Positions 8,762 through 18,014 of a stretch of 24,230 bases of DNA are shown piece after piece. Position numbers and translations under genes: made by a program. A model generated the notes under the pieces. That model did no database searches. It was not told the DNA's origin and worked only from the letters and a program-made list of their open reading frames with translations. Within the stretch, counting starts at the first letter, position 1, and every line of letters starts with the position of its first letter. The DNA comes from Fibrobacteria bacterium (GTDB taxonomy: Bacteria; Fibrobacterota; Fibrobacteria; UBA11236), in NCBI GenBank assembly GCA_041746255.1, contig JBGTHM010000121.1, forward strand, positions 1 through 24,230, given 5' to 3'.

Positions 8762-9840
8762 GAGGGCGTGTGGACTTCCATTTCGTATTCGAGGTAATTC
8801 GTCATGGCCGCGATGGAAGGCTTGGAATAGCCTTTCACGGCCGCAAGGGTCCGCTCCACGAACAGGGCGTAACGCCTGAGATCCGGGAGCTCACCCAGCG
8901 AAGCCAGGGTGTCTTGCAGGGACGTTTCGGGGCGCTCGCCGTCGCGGGCATGGTGGTAACGAATAAGAGCAAGGACAAGCCGAAGCAGGCGGGCGCAGTT
9001 CTCCATATCGCCGAAGGCGGAGGTTTCCTCCAGATAAGCTGAAAATACCTCCCAGTCGGGACTGACCGAAGCGCTAACGAAGCGACCGGCTTCTTGTAAA
9101 TCCCCCTCGCCGCTTTGCAGGGAGAGCTCCAGGTAATTTCCCAGCGACCCTTCGGAAAGGGCGAGAAATTCCGGGATGAAACCCGCGTCCGACCATTGCC
9201 GTGCGGCTTTCGCGCCCGCTTCCATTTCGGACGTGTCGAGGGGAGTCAATCCGGCCTGGATGCAGCGGGATAAAATCGTAGGCATCAGCGAAGAGCGGGA
9301 CTCGGTGGATAGTAGAAAATGCACGTTGGGCGGCGGTTCTTCGAGCAGTTTCAAAAAAGCGTTGGCCGAAGGCAGGGGCATATACTCCGCGCCGAAAATT
9401 AAAACCACGCGCCGACGGGTGGCTGGGTCCGCGAAGCCGAGGCGGGTTTGCAATTCCCGTATCTGCGCGATGGACAGAAATTCCTTTTCGAATTTGAAAA
9501 GCGCGTAAGGATTTTTTTCGAGGATTTCGATTTTCGCAAGCATATCGGCCACCCGTATGTCTTCGCTTTCCTGAGCCTTTTTCTCCAAGGGAAACAAATA
9601 GGTCAGCCGGTCCGATTTCCGATGCTTCCGCTCCAAGCATCCCGGGCAGCTATGGCAGGGTTTCACATCCGCGGACTCGCAAAGGAGGATATCAGCCAAA
9701 TCCAGGAGCAAAGCGCTTTGGCCCAACCCCGGCATTCCATGCACCAGTATCGCATGGGGAAAAGCCTGGTTGCGCACGGCCTGGGTGAAGAAGGAGCGGG
9801 CGAACGCTTGGCCCACGGTACGCGAAAAATTAATCTCCAT
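8758..9840 (-). CDS. holB: DNA polymerase III delta-prime subunit
   Basis: PHAILVHG.PG.GQ (degenerate P-loop), zinc site C...PCHSCPGC, ANAFLKLLEEPP and PTILSRC. Confidence 0.85.
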   Translation of the reverse strand: MEINFSRTVGQAFARSFFTQAVRNQAFPHAILVHGMPGLGQSALLLDLADILLCESADVKPCHSCPGCLERKHRKSDRLTYLFPLEKKAQESEDIRVADMLAKIEILEKNPYALFKFEKEFLSIAQIRELQTRLGFADPATRRRVVLIFGAEYMPLPSANAFLKLLEEPPPNVHFLLSTESRSSLMPTILSRCIQAGLTPLDTSEMEAGAKAARQWSDAGFIPEFLALSEGSLGNYLELSLQSGEGDLQEAGRFVSASVSPDWEVFSAYLEETSAFGDMENCARLLRLVLALIRYHHARDGERPETSLQDTLASLGELPDLRRYALFVERTLAAVKGYSKPSIAAMTNYLEYEMEVHTPS

Positions 9841-9892
9841 GAAGGTTACCCAAGGTAGCTAATACCCGCCTCCGGGAGAAGTTCAGCGGATT

Positions 9893-11044
9893 TCATTGCT
9901 TCAACCATGGGATGGGATCGAGCGTCTTGGTGCCTTGGCGCACCTCGAAGTAAACCCTTCCCCGGGGTTGGCCCGGCGGAGCGGAAGCCAGTTCCTGACA
10001 GGTAGTCACCTTATCGCCTTGTTTGACTTTCACACCCGCTAGATTGGCGTAAATGGTGAAATAACCGGAGCCATTGTCCAGGATGATACCGGGGCCGTAT
10101 CCGGGTATGTCCGTAACCAAGGCCACCTCGCCGGTTACCGCGGCCTTGACCGCCGTGCCGGGAACGGCGGCGATTTCGATACCTAGATTCTTGGTCGTGG
10201 TTTTAAGCACCTTGTGGTATTGCAATCCGAATTGCGAGACGATCTCACCCTCGGCGGGCAGGCAATACTTCTGCCCAGTTGCGAGTACGCTGGGCTTTTT
10301 CTGTTTGTCTTTGGCGAGTTGTTCTTGGCGTCGCTTCTCCAGTTTTCGCAAAATCTCGGTGAGTAGGCGGGCGTTTTCTTCCATCTTCTTAAGGGCCTGG
10401 CTTTTCGAGGCCACGCTGGATTGCAATTGGGTATAAACCACCTCTTGTTCTTTTCGTGATTGAGAGCGCAGATTCAATTCCTGGGACTTGGCCTCTTTGA
10501 TTTGCGTCAAGTCCGCCAGCTTCCGATCCAACTCCGCGAGTTGGGCCTCACGCTGACGCATATCCTTCTCATTCGCCGCGACCAAGCTACGGTCGTGATC
10601 CAAAAGCTTGCGCATAAAGAAAATCCGTTGCAGAAAATCGCCTTCGCCGGGTTTCCAACCCGAGAAGAGCAGATTTTCGGGTTTCCCGCGTATATATAAT
10701 CCCCGTACCCGGTTGGACATGACTTCGCGGCGATCGGCGATGCGGCGCTCCAGGGTTTTGAGATCGTCGCGGGTCTCCGCTACCGATTTATGGAGGTTGC
10801 CTTCGGTAGCCGCCATTTTACGTAGGACCTGTTCGGCCAAATCGATGCTCAGGGATATTTGGTCGAGCCTTTCTTGCGCGCCGGTTTGCCGCTTTTTAAG
10901 CGTTTCGATGGAGCGCCTTTCGGCTTCGAGCTGTTGACGTAATTCGGCCAATTCTTTTTGCTGCCGGCTGATTTCGGCGTCAACCCCTTTTTGGGCATGG
11001 GCCAGCGTGGCCGCAAACAAACAAATCAGCGCAAGGGCTTTCAC
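9893..11044 (-). CDS. envC: EnvC-like murein hydrolase activator (coiled coil plus degenerate M23 domain)
   Basis: GTG start overlapping the ftsX stop. Signal peptide, long coiled coil, and M23 domain with non-catalytic substitutions (NLGIEI, YANL, VYFEVR...LDP.PWL). Confidence 0.85.
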   Translation of the reverse strand: MKALALICLFAATLAHAQKGVDAEISRQQKELAELRQQLEAERRSIETLKKRQTGAQERLDQISLSIDLAEQVLRKMAATEGNLHKSVAETRDDLKTLERRIADRREVMSNRVRGLYIRGKPENLLFSGWKPGEGDFLQRIFFMRKLLDHDRSLVAANEKDMRQREAQLAELDRKLADLTQIKEAKSQELNLRSQSRKEQEVVYTQLQSSVASKSQALKKMEENARLLTEILRKLEKRRQEQLAKDKQKKPSVLATGQKYCLPAEGEIVSQFGLQYHKVLKTTTKNLGIEIAAVPGTAVKAAVTGEVALVTDIPGYGPGIILDNGSGYFTIYANLAGVKVKQGDKVTTCQELASAPPGQPRGRVYFEVRQGTKTLDPIPWLKQ

Positions 11045-11916
11045 ACCTGGGTTTCCCTTAAAAAGTTTCTGACGGTTCCCGCACTGGCGAAGGCCGCTAT
11101 GGTCATCGTGAGCCCCAGAATACTTCCGGCCACCGTCCAAAAAGGGACTACTCCAGACAATTGCGGCGAGACCAGTCCACCGAGATAATTGAACGCGGCC
11201 AGGGTTACGATGCCGATAAGACTTCCGAAAAAACCGAGCAGCACGCCTTCGAGCAGGAAAGGAGTGATGATGAACGCCTCGCCGGCGCCGCAATACTTCA
11301 TATTTTCCACCAGCACCTTGCGGGCATATAAGTTCAGTTTGACCGCGTTATGGATGATAAGCGCCAGAGCTCCTCCCACGAAAAGCATGAGCAGAAACGA
11401 CCCCGTCCACAGCGGCAATTTCCACTTGTCGAGCCAGGCGATATAAACCGAACCGGCGCTTACCTCCTCTACGCCTTCCAGGCGGGCCAGCCGCAGCCTC
11501 AGAATATTGTTCTGCGAGGCGGTCGCGTATTCGGCATTGGGAAAGATGCGGTAGGAATGGGGAAGAGGATTTACGTTCAACGAGGCAAGCATATCCTCTC
11601 CGAAGTCGCTGCGAAACTCCTCCAAAGCCTCCTCCTTGCTGATGAAAACCAGGGAGTCGATACCTGCGAGCCGCCTTAAATCCGCTTCGAGAGCGCTCCG
11701 TGCCGCGTCGGATTCGGATTCGGGAGCTAAATAAACGCGCAAGATGGCGTCCTCGGGTCGATATTCCGTGAATTTAATCACAATGGATAGAATCAAGAGG
11801 CTGAATCCGAATACCGAGGCGCATATGCCTATGGTCATCACCGAGGTGGCGGAAAGGAATTTATTGGATTTAAATCCCCTCGCGGCTTCTTGAATTAGGT
11901 AGGGCAGTTGTCCCAT
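11041..11916 (-). CDS. ftsX: Cell division permease FtsX
   Basis: Four TM segments. Motifs FISKEEALEEF, NPLPHS, I.NAVKL....R...VE.MK.CGA...FI..PFLLEG. Followed by envC. Confidence 0.92.
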   Translation of the reverse strand: MGQLPYLIQEAARGFKSNKFLSATSVMTIGICASVFGFSLLILSIVIKFTEYRPEDAILRVYLAPESESDAARSALEADLRRLAGIDSLVFISKEEALEEFRSDFGEDMLASLNVNPLPHSYRIFPNAEYATASQNNILRLRLARLEGVEEVSAGSVYIAWLDKWKLPLWTGSFLLMLFVGGALALIIHNAVKLNLYARKVLVENMKYCGAGEAFIITPFLLEGVLLGFFGSLIGIVTLAAFNYLGGLVSPQLSGVVPFWTVAGSILGLTMTIAAFASAGTVRNFLRETQV

Positions 11917-12009
11917 GGTTTCGCGAAAAGATAGGATGTTCCGGTCGCTGACGCGGATTAACCCCGGCCTTTCGTTGCACAATATAAACAGGAAACAAAA
12001 AAAACTCCC

Positions 12010-13794
12010 TTAGGAGCCGATTTCGCGGAACAAGCGGGTGGGACGGTGGTATAGGAAACGACTCCATGCGTCGCGATGCAGGCCATGCGCCTCGAAGCGG
12101 ATGCGGACCATGGAGAGTTCGGGGAGAATTTTTTGCAAAGCGGGGTCCACGGGGAAATGCTTTTCCCATTCTTTCCAAGCCGAATCCGAAACCTTTTCCG
12201 GTGAGTTCGAATCGCTGGAAGGGCCGGTTTGCAGGCTAAGCCGCTGATCGCACAGGGTGTAAAAATCCTCGGGAGTGGAGTCCGTCTGCCGGGCATTGAG
12301 TATCCATAAAGCCGCGTTCACTTCCGGCAATTTGCGCTTCAACTGGCAGAGGTCCTTGTAGGCCTCGCTGGCGGAATCGGGTAAGAATTCGTGCAGATTA
12401 TCCAGCACAATGACCAAAGGCGGTAGTCCGCCTCCATTGTTTTTTTGCTTGATGAGGTAGTCATGTTCAAGATAGCGGATGATTTGGCGTAGACCCTCAT
12501 CCCGGGAACAAGGCGGAGCGAGCGGAGGTAATTTGAACAGCGTCCGGTATTCGCGCGCCAAATGCTCTACATCCGGCTCTTTTCCGTTGGGTGTGCTAAG
12601 GGGATCGACATGCAAATGGCGCGCAAGCGCGCACAGGGCCAAATCGCTTTCCCCCATTTTTTTGGAAAAGACCAATACCTGCCCCAGCCCTTGTTTGATT
12701 CCGGTCTCCGCACTTTGGAGCAGGAATTGTAAACCCGGCGCCGCCGAAAACGGCGGACAATCCAGCATCAATAAACTGCCGCAGCGTGAAACATGTTTTT
12801 TGGCGAAGGCCGAACCCGATACCGGCCAACTCCAGGATGCGGAAATTTTCTGGAGGAATTCTTCTGCTAGCCCGTTCGAAGCCTTGGATTTTTTGATAGC
12901 CGTAAATCCCGATTCGGCTCCGGGTGGCCGGTGATCTTTTCCCTCAGCCTTGACACCGCCCTCTTCGGGAAGCGCCACCTGCCAGTTTTGGCTGAGATTC
13001 AACATATTGGCGCCGGTGAAGGGGGTATTCGTGGCGGCGGCGGGTGCGGCATGGCTCGGTATAAACTCTTTGATAAACGGCTCGTTCGAGGGTTCTAAGC
13101 GCCCTGAAGATTGGACGATAATGCTATCCTGATTTTCGCGCGAAAACGATCCCGGCATACCCGGTAAGGGATCGAAAAGTGCGTCGGCAATGCCGCATTT
13201 GAGCGCAAACTTCCGGTTTTCCTCCTCCTGTAACTCCCGGCCGATGCGCGCCAATAGGGTTTTGCTCAGTGCGAAAAGTTCATTCTTGTTGACGGCTTTT
13301 TCCTGCATGAAAGCGGGCATGATACGCAGAACCATACCGGTTTGAAAAAAATCCAAGGTATGCCGGGTGGATTGCAGACGCGCCATAACCTGCCCGATGG
13401 CATAGCCGATTTGCAGGATTTGCTCCGGCGGGTCAAATTGCGATTCCACATTATGGAGGTATTCGGGCTTTAACAGCCATTGTAGGGTAAGTGAATGCGC
13501 CCTTCCCTGATGTTGGTGGCTATCATCCAAAAGGGAGGATCTATCGAATCGGTTCAGGCCGACGGTTTCGGGGATGGATTCCGCTGTGTAGGCAAAATTA
13601 CTGAGGGCGAAATTGAAATGGCCTGCGAAGGGCCGGCAGGCCTCCAGCAAAAAGTCCGGATCATTGAAAAAACCCCGGCCCGTGGACTTTTGCGTATCCG
13701 GGTGGACTAAAATGATTTCCAGGCATTTTTTCCCCGAATCCGAAAGGGGAAGAAAGGTTTGCAGCAGGGTTTGCCGGTCGAACAATGAAGTCAT
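12010..13794 (-). CDS. Hypothetical protein; probable degenerate primase (AEP-like) plus DnaB-like helicase-fold fusion
   Basis: 594-aa ORF from ATG 13794. The C-terminal half follows DnaB motif order: VLVFSKKMGESDLALCALA, VIVLDNLH, LKRKLPEVNAALWIL, CDQRLSL and F....TRLFRE. Confidence 0.6.
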   Translation of the reverse strand: MTSLFDRQTLLQTFLPLSDSGKKCLEIILVHPDTQKSTGRGFFNDPDFLLEACRPFAGHFNFALSNFAYTAESIPETVGLNRFDRSSLLDDSHQHQGRAHSLTLQWLLKPEYLHNVESQFDPPEQILQIGYAIGQVMARLQSTRHTLDFFQTGMVLRIMPAFMQEKAVNKNELFALSKTLLARIGRELQEEENRKFALKCGIADALFDPLPGMPGSFSRENQDSIIVQSSGRLEPSNEPFIKEFIPSHAAPAAATNTPFTGANMLNLSQNWQVALPEEGGVKAEGKDHRPPGAESGFTAIKKSKASNGLAEEFLQKISASWSWPVSGSAFAKKHVSRCGSLLMLDCPPFSAAPGLQFLLQSAETGIKQGLGQVLVFSKKMGESDLALCALARHLHVDPLSTPNGKEPDVEHLAREYRTLFKLPPLAPPCSRDEGLRQIIRYLEHDYLIKQKNNGGGLPPLVIVLDNLHEFLPDSASEAYKDLCQLKRKLPEVNAALWILNARQTDSTPEDFYTLCDQRLSLQTGPSSDSNSPEKVSDSAWKEWEKHFPVDPALQKILPELSMVRIRFEAHGLHRDAWSRFLYHRPTRLFREIGS

Positions 13795-13958
13795 ATTTCC
13801 AATCCGTTCGAGATGCTGGGATGGCCCTATTGTCCCACATTCCCGTGAAAAAATAAAGGTCCACAAGCGTGGACCCCAGGCCAGTGTCTGTGCGTCTGTG
13901 GGAAAAGCCTCGGCGCTTTTATATTGGGGTCTTCCTTCGTCGAAAGCGTCCTAACCCC

Positions 13959-14963
13959 ATGATTACCCTGGGAATTGAAACCTCCTGTGATGAAACCGCT
14001 TGCGGCTTGGTCGATGAAAACCTGCGGGTGCTGGCCCATACCTTGTATAGCCAGGTCGACATGCACGCCCTCTATGGGGGCGTTGTGCCTGAAATCGCGG
14101 CCCGGGCCCATTTGGAGAAAATCGCGCCTCTGGCCGGCGAGGTTTTTCGGGCAGCCGGCATCCAGCCTAGGGATGTCGACCTAATCGCCTACACCCGGGG
14201 GCCGGGCTTGCTGGGCCCACTTTTGGTGGGCGCCTCTTTCGCTCGGGGTTTGGCGCTCCGATTGGAAAAACCCCTGGCGGGCATCAACCACCTGGAGGGC
14301 CATTTGGGAACGGCTTATCTGGCGGACCCTATGCTGAAGCCCCCCTTCCTATGTTTGGTCGTTTCCGGTGGCCATACTGAATTTTGTCGGGTAAATGCCG
14401 ATTTCGAATACCTGTCGGTGGGTCGCACCCGCGATGATGCAGCCGGCGAAGCCTTTGACAAGTGTGGAAAAATCATGGGTCTAGGCTATCCCGCAGGCCC
14501 GGAAGTGGCGAAGTGGGCTGAAAAAGGGGATTCCGAATTCGTGCAGTTTCCCCGTGCGCTGGACCAGAGAGATAACCTGGAGTTTTCCTTCAGTGGACTC
14601 AAATCCTCGGTTTTACGGTATTGCCAAGAACAGGGTGAGGAGGAGGTGCGCCATCACCTGGCCGATATATGCGCCTCCCTGCAAGCCGCGATTGTTGATA
14701 TTTTGGTGAAAAAATCGATGAATGCTTTGAAACACCAGGGATTGGAAACCCTGGTGGTAGTAGGGGGTGTTTCCGCCAACTCCCATCTTCAGAAAAGCAT
14801 GGAAATCGCCAGTTCCCGTCGCGGTTTTCGCTGCCTATTTCCCCCTAAAGCCTTTTGCGGAGACAACGGGGCCATGATAGCCGCCATCGCACAAATTCGG
14901 CACAATAGCGGCCAATTGCCGTTATCGGGAATAGTGACTCCCGGCCTACGCTTCGGCACCTAA
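13959..14963 (+). CDS. tsaD: tRNA N6-adenosine threonylcarbamoyltransferase TsaD
   Basis: LGIETSCDET, GGVVPEIAARAH, GPGL, HLEGH, VSGGHT, DDAAGEAFDK, FSFSGLK and DNGAMIA. Confidence 0.97.
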   Translation: MITLGIETSCDETACGLVDENLRVLAHTLYSQVDMHALYGGVVPEIAARAHLEKIAPLAGEVFRAAGIQPRDVDLIAYTRGPGLLGPLLVGASFARGLALRLEKPLAGINHLEGHLGTAYLADPMLKPPFLCLVVSGGHTEFCRVNADFEYLSVGRTRDDAAGEAFDKCGKIMGLGYPAGPEVAKWAEKGDSEFVQFPRALDQRDNLEFSFSGLKSSVLRYCQEQGEEEVRHHLADICASLQAAIVDILVKKSMNALKHQGLETLVVVGGVSANSHLQKSMEIASSRRGFRCLFPPKAFCGDNGAMIAAIAQIRHNSGQLPLSGIVTPGLRFGT

Positions 14964-15017
14964 TCAATCCCGGTAAAATCCTATCCCGAGTGGGTGGATT
15001 GGGTGTATTATTAGAAA

Positions 15018-15497
15018 ATGCTTTGGGAGCGAAAACCGGCTATGTATAAAAATTGGAGAGTGATCCTGTGCTTGGCTGCAGTAATGGGATTGGCGAGAGG
15101 GGAGGAAATCATTCCTTCAGCCAACGTGGCGGAAATCTCCCCCCCGGCAAGCCAGGAGGAAAGCCCGGCCGCGACAATGGCAACTACAACTCCTGAGCCG
15201 CTTCAAACCCTGGATAAACCCGTTGCCCTGGATACTTCGCGCGTAAAAAATCCCATGCTGCAAAGGCATTTGCTGGATAACGTGGATATTTTTGGGAAAT
15301 CCAATCTACCCGCCATCTATATTTTCGGCCCGGGTGATTTCGGAGCGGATGAAATCAATGCGCAGGCCATCACCCGAAATTTTGCCGCCGATCCCTTTCT
15401 GATGCAGAATATCGATCGCGAAGAATTCGAATGGAGAATGGTTCTGCGAGGCTTGCCCGATGAAGCGGAAAAGGAGCGGGAGGCTCCTCAACCTTGA
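15018..15497 (+). CDS. Small secreted hypothetical protein (possible GltF/CglF-like)
   Basis: Signal peptide (start at 15018 or 15042), low-complexity linker and a conserved-looking tail LDNVDIFGKSNLPAIYI...RNF...NIDREEF. Confidence 0.7.
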   Translation: MLWERKPAMYKNWRVILCLAAVMGLARGEEIIPSANVAEISPPASQEESPAATMATTTPEPLQTLDKPVALDTSRVKNPMLQRHLLDNVDIFGKSNLPAIYIFGPGDFGADEINAQAITRNFAADPFLMQNIDREEFEWRMVLRGLPDEAEKEREAPQP

Positions 15498-17416
15498 TGG
15501 ATTGGGGGCCGAAGCAAAGACTTGGCCACGGCGCGGATTAAATCCGCCTTCTCCAATTCCTCCAGCGCCATAGGTAGGGGGACACTCCAATTCGAAGGTA
15601 AAACTGTGCCGGGCATGTTCGGTCGCCGTTCGCAGGCGAGAGCATCTTCCAGGGCGACCGCCAGCAAACGGCTGGGAGCCTTCCCCAATGCGGCATAAGT
15701 TTTTCGCACCACCTCTTCGACGGGAGTATCATCTTCTATTCCCAACAAACCTTTCAAATGATTCCGTATTCCCAACAAACCTTCTTCATGCGGATTCAGT
15801 CCCATTTCCTTCTGTATTCGAATATCCGACCCCGTCCATAATCCGGCTACCGTCGGTAAATCATGCGTGGTCACCGAGGTCAAGGCCAGTTCCGGATACT
15901 GCTCCGGGGGGGATGACTCGAACCAAAGAAGTCGATTGGACATCACGCATTGATCGCCCAAGCGTTCCCGCACGCCTTCCTCCACCGTTCCCAAATCTTC
16001 ACCCACCACATAAGCTTGGGCTTTATGGCTTTCCAAGGCGATGATTCCCAACATCTCTTCGGACGGATAGCGGACATAGGCGCCATGCAGCGGACCAAGA
16101 CCCGTGGGAATCCAGAACAGGCGGAAGAGACCCATGACATGGTCGATGCGCAATCCTTGGGAATGTCGAAAACAAGCCGATAGGGTTTGGCGCAATGGTT
16201 CATAACCCACTGCGCGCAGCTTATGGGGGATAAAGGGCCGCAGGCCCCAGTCCTGGCCATCGCGGTTATATTCGTCGGGTGGGGCGCCCACGGTTACTTC
16301 GCGCGCCAAAAGATCTTGCCACACCCATGCATCGGCGCCGGCGGGGTCGAATCCGATGGGGAGGTCCTGGACTATGGGTACCGACTCGCTCGCCTTTCGC
16401 ATTTGCAAATCGAGTTGCCATTGCACCCAGATATGGAAGTCGATGCGATCGGCATGTTGGGCGGCGAACCGCAGCAATCCTGGCGAATCGGGTCGACGAT
16501 GTTCCATTTCCCACTGGGTCCAATCGGCTCGCTCGGGACCATAATGTTCGCACAAGACACAGAACAAGGCGAATTGATCCAAGGCGCGCCCTTGTTCCAG
16601 GCGATAGCGAGCGAAACCCGGCTCTGCTTCGCCGCGCAGGGCCCACAATTTTTCCAGGGCGGCGACCTTGAGCTTGAATATCGCGTCGCGATTGATAAGT
16701 CCATCCCGGTTCAAGGCGCGCCCGGCGGAAGCCAGTTCTTCCAGAGCAAGTCCGGCCTGGGCGGCGCCGGCAATATTTTCAATGCGTAAATACAAGAGGT
16801 TGCGGAACCGGCGGCTTCCGGGATAATAAGGGCTGGATTGTTGGGGGATGATGGGGCTTACCGCGTGCAAGGGGTTGACCTGTAAAAAGCCGGCGCGCAT
16901 TTCCTGGGCCAAACGCCCGAAACGTCCCAAATCAGCCAAGTCACCCATGCCCCAGCTCGCTTCGGAACGCAGCGAATAAAGTTGCAACGCGAATCCCCAG
17001 GTTTTGAGATGGGGCGGAAGAAAAGATTTTTCCGGCACGATAATAAGGCGAATGGAGCGGTTTACCCGGCCCAGGGTTCGCAATTCGTGGTAACCCAGAG
17101 GCAAATCGGGAGGCAGGTTTTTTTCCGTGTCGACCACCGTGCCGTCTTCCAGAATCAGTTCACAACGCTCTTCCAATATTGGGAAGGCCCCTTGACGAAT
17201 GACCTGTACATCGGATTCCGGATAAGATTCTTCCCCGGGCTCGTTCATGGATTGTAGGAGTCGCTTGCCGGTTTCTTCCGAGCAGGAGCGCCAATTTCCG
17301 AAAACGTCGTGATATCCGTTTTGAATTCCCAAGGCGCCGGCTCGCTCAAGAATGGACTGATCTCCCCGGCTCGAATCCAACATGCCTCGACTTCCTTTCC
17401 TTTTATGCTTTTGCAT
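15488..17416 (-). CDS. malQ: 4-alpha-glucanotransferase (amylomaltase, GH77)
   Basis: WG..LQLYSLRS..SWGMGD, SPYYP.SR, DLPIG, GAPPD....GQDWG, RIDHVMG, GEDLG, TTHDLPT and NMPGT...NW. Alternative start at 17383. Confidence 0.96.
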   Translation of the reverse strand: MQKHKRKGSRGMLDSSRGDQSILERAGALGIQNGYHDVFGNWRSCSEETGKRLLQSMNEPGEESYPESDVQVIRQGAFPILEERCELILEDGTVVDTEKNLPPDLPLGYHELRTLGRVNRSIRLIIVPEKSFLPPHLKTWGFALQLYSLRSEASWGMGDLADLGRFGRLAQEMRAGFLQVNPLHAVSPIIPQQSSPYYPGSRRFRNLLYLRIENIAGAAQAGLALEELASAGRALNRDGLINRDAIFKLKVAALEKLWALRGEAEPGFARYRLEQGRALDQFALFCVLCEHYGPERADWTQWEMEHRRPDSPGLLRFAAQHADRIDFHIWVQWQLDLQMRKASESVPIVQDLPIGFDPAGADAWVWQDLLAREVTVGAPPDEYNRDGQDWGLRPFIPHKLRAVGYEPLRQTLSACFRHSQGLRIDHVMGLFRLFWIPTGLGPLHGAYVRYPSEEMLGIIALESHKAQAYVVGEDLGTVEEGVRERLGDQCVMSNRLLWFESSPPEQYPELALTSVTTHDLPTVAGLWTGSDIRIQKEMGLNPHEEGLLGIRNHLKGLLGIEDDTPVEEVVRKTYAALGKAPSRLLAVALEDALACERRPNMPGTVLPSNWSVPLPMALEELEKADLIRAVAKSLLRPPIHQG

Positions 17417-17516
17417 GAGACAAGATAAGTATTGCCCGCATTGCTAAAGCGGTAAAACGCGATAAGAATTTGGGGACGGGAAGGATTTCCGGTCTCATCG
17501 GTATATATTATGAGGT

Positions 17517-17942
17517 ATGGGTGTTAAAGGGAAAAATCCGGGGCTGGAGCCTGATGCGGTCAAATTAGTTTTGGAAAGGGCCGGATTGAGGCCGACTTCG
17601 CAGCGGATGGCCTTGTGCCGCTTCATGCTGGGCGAAAGCCGCCATCTAACGGTCCAGGAATTGAAGGAATGGGCGGACTTGCATTATCCCAAAATCAGTC
17701 TGGCCACCCTATATAATACCTTGAACATACTGGTGCAGACCGGTTTACTGCGTCCGCTAAAACTTCCCCAGTCCGACAAAGTCATTTACGATACCAACGT
17801 AAGCGATCATTACCACTTCCTGGATGAGAAAACCGGGGAGCTGTTCGACTTGGATCCGGAAATGGTGGAGGTTTCGCCCCGGTTAAAATCGGGTTACCGG
17901 GTTTCCGGCATCGACGTGGTGATAAGGGGAACCCGGCCCTAA
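17517..17942 (+). CDS. Fur-family transcriptional regulator (Irr-like)
   Basis: GLRPTSQR, H.T..EL, ISLATLYNTL and YDTN.SDHYHF. No C-terminal CxxC pairs. Confidence 0.9.
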   Translation: MGVKGKNPGLEPDAVKLVLERAGLRPTSQRMALCRFMLGESRHLTVQELKEWADLHYPKISLATLYNTLNILVQTGLLRPLKLPQSDKVIYDTNVSDHYHFLDEKTGELFDLDPEMVEVSPRLKSGYRVSGIDVVIRGTRP

Positions 17943-17986
17943 CGTTATAATCCGTCTTTTCAAAGTCCCTGGGATAATATATCTTT

Positions 17987-18006
17987 ATTTCAAGATATAT
18001 TGATAT
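17987..18006. promoter_or_regulatory. 20-bp palindromic operator, probably for the SahR-like regulator; overlaps TATAAT at 18004-18009
   Basis: ATTTCAA-GATATA-TTGATAT (6 of 7 arm positions pair), located 8 nt before the regulator's ATG. Confidence 0.7.
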
Positions 18007-18014
18007 AATAGCCC

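Noticed and set aside
11045..11293. N-terminal extension of the envC ORF
   Set aside because: It overlaps ftsX in another frame, and the signal peptide begins at GTG 11044.
15737..15783. CRISPR-like repeat
   Set aside because: Only two 17-bp copies with a 13-nt gap inside a coding sequence, and no cas genes.
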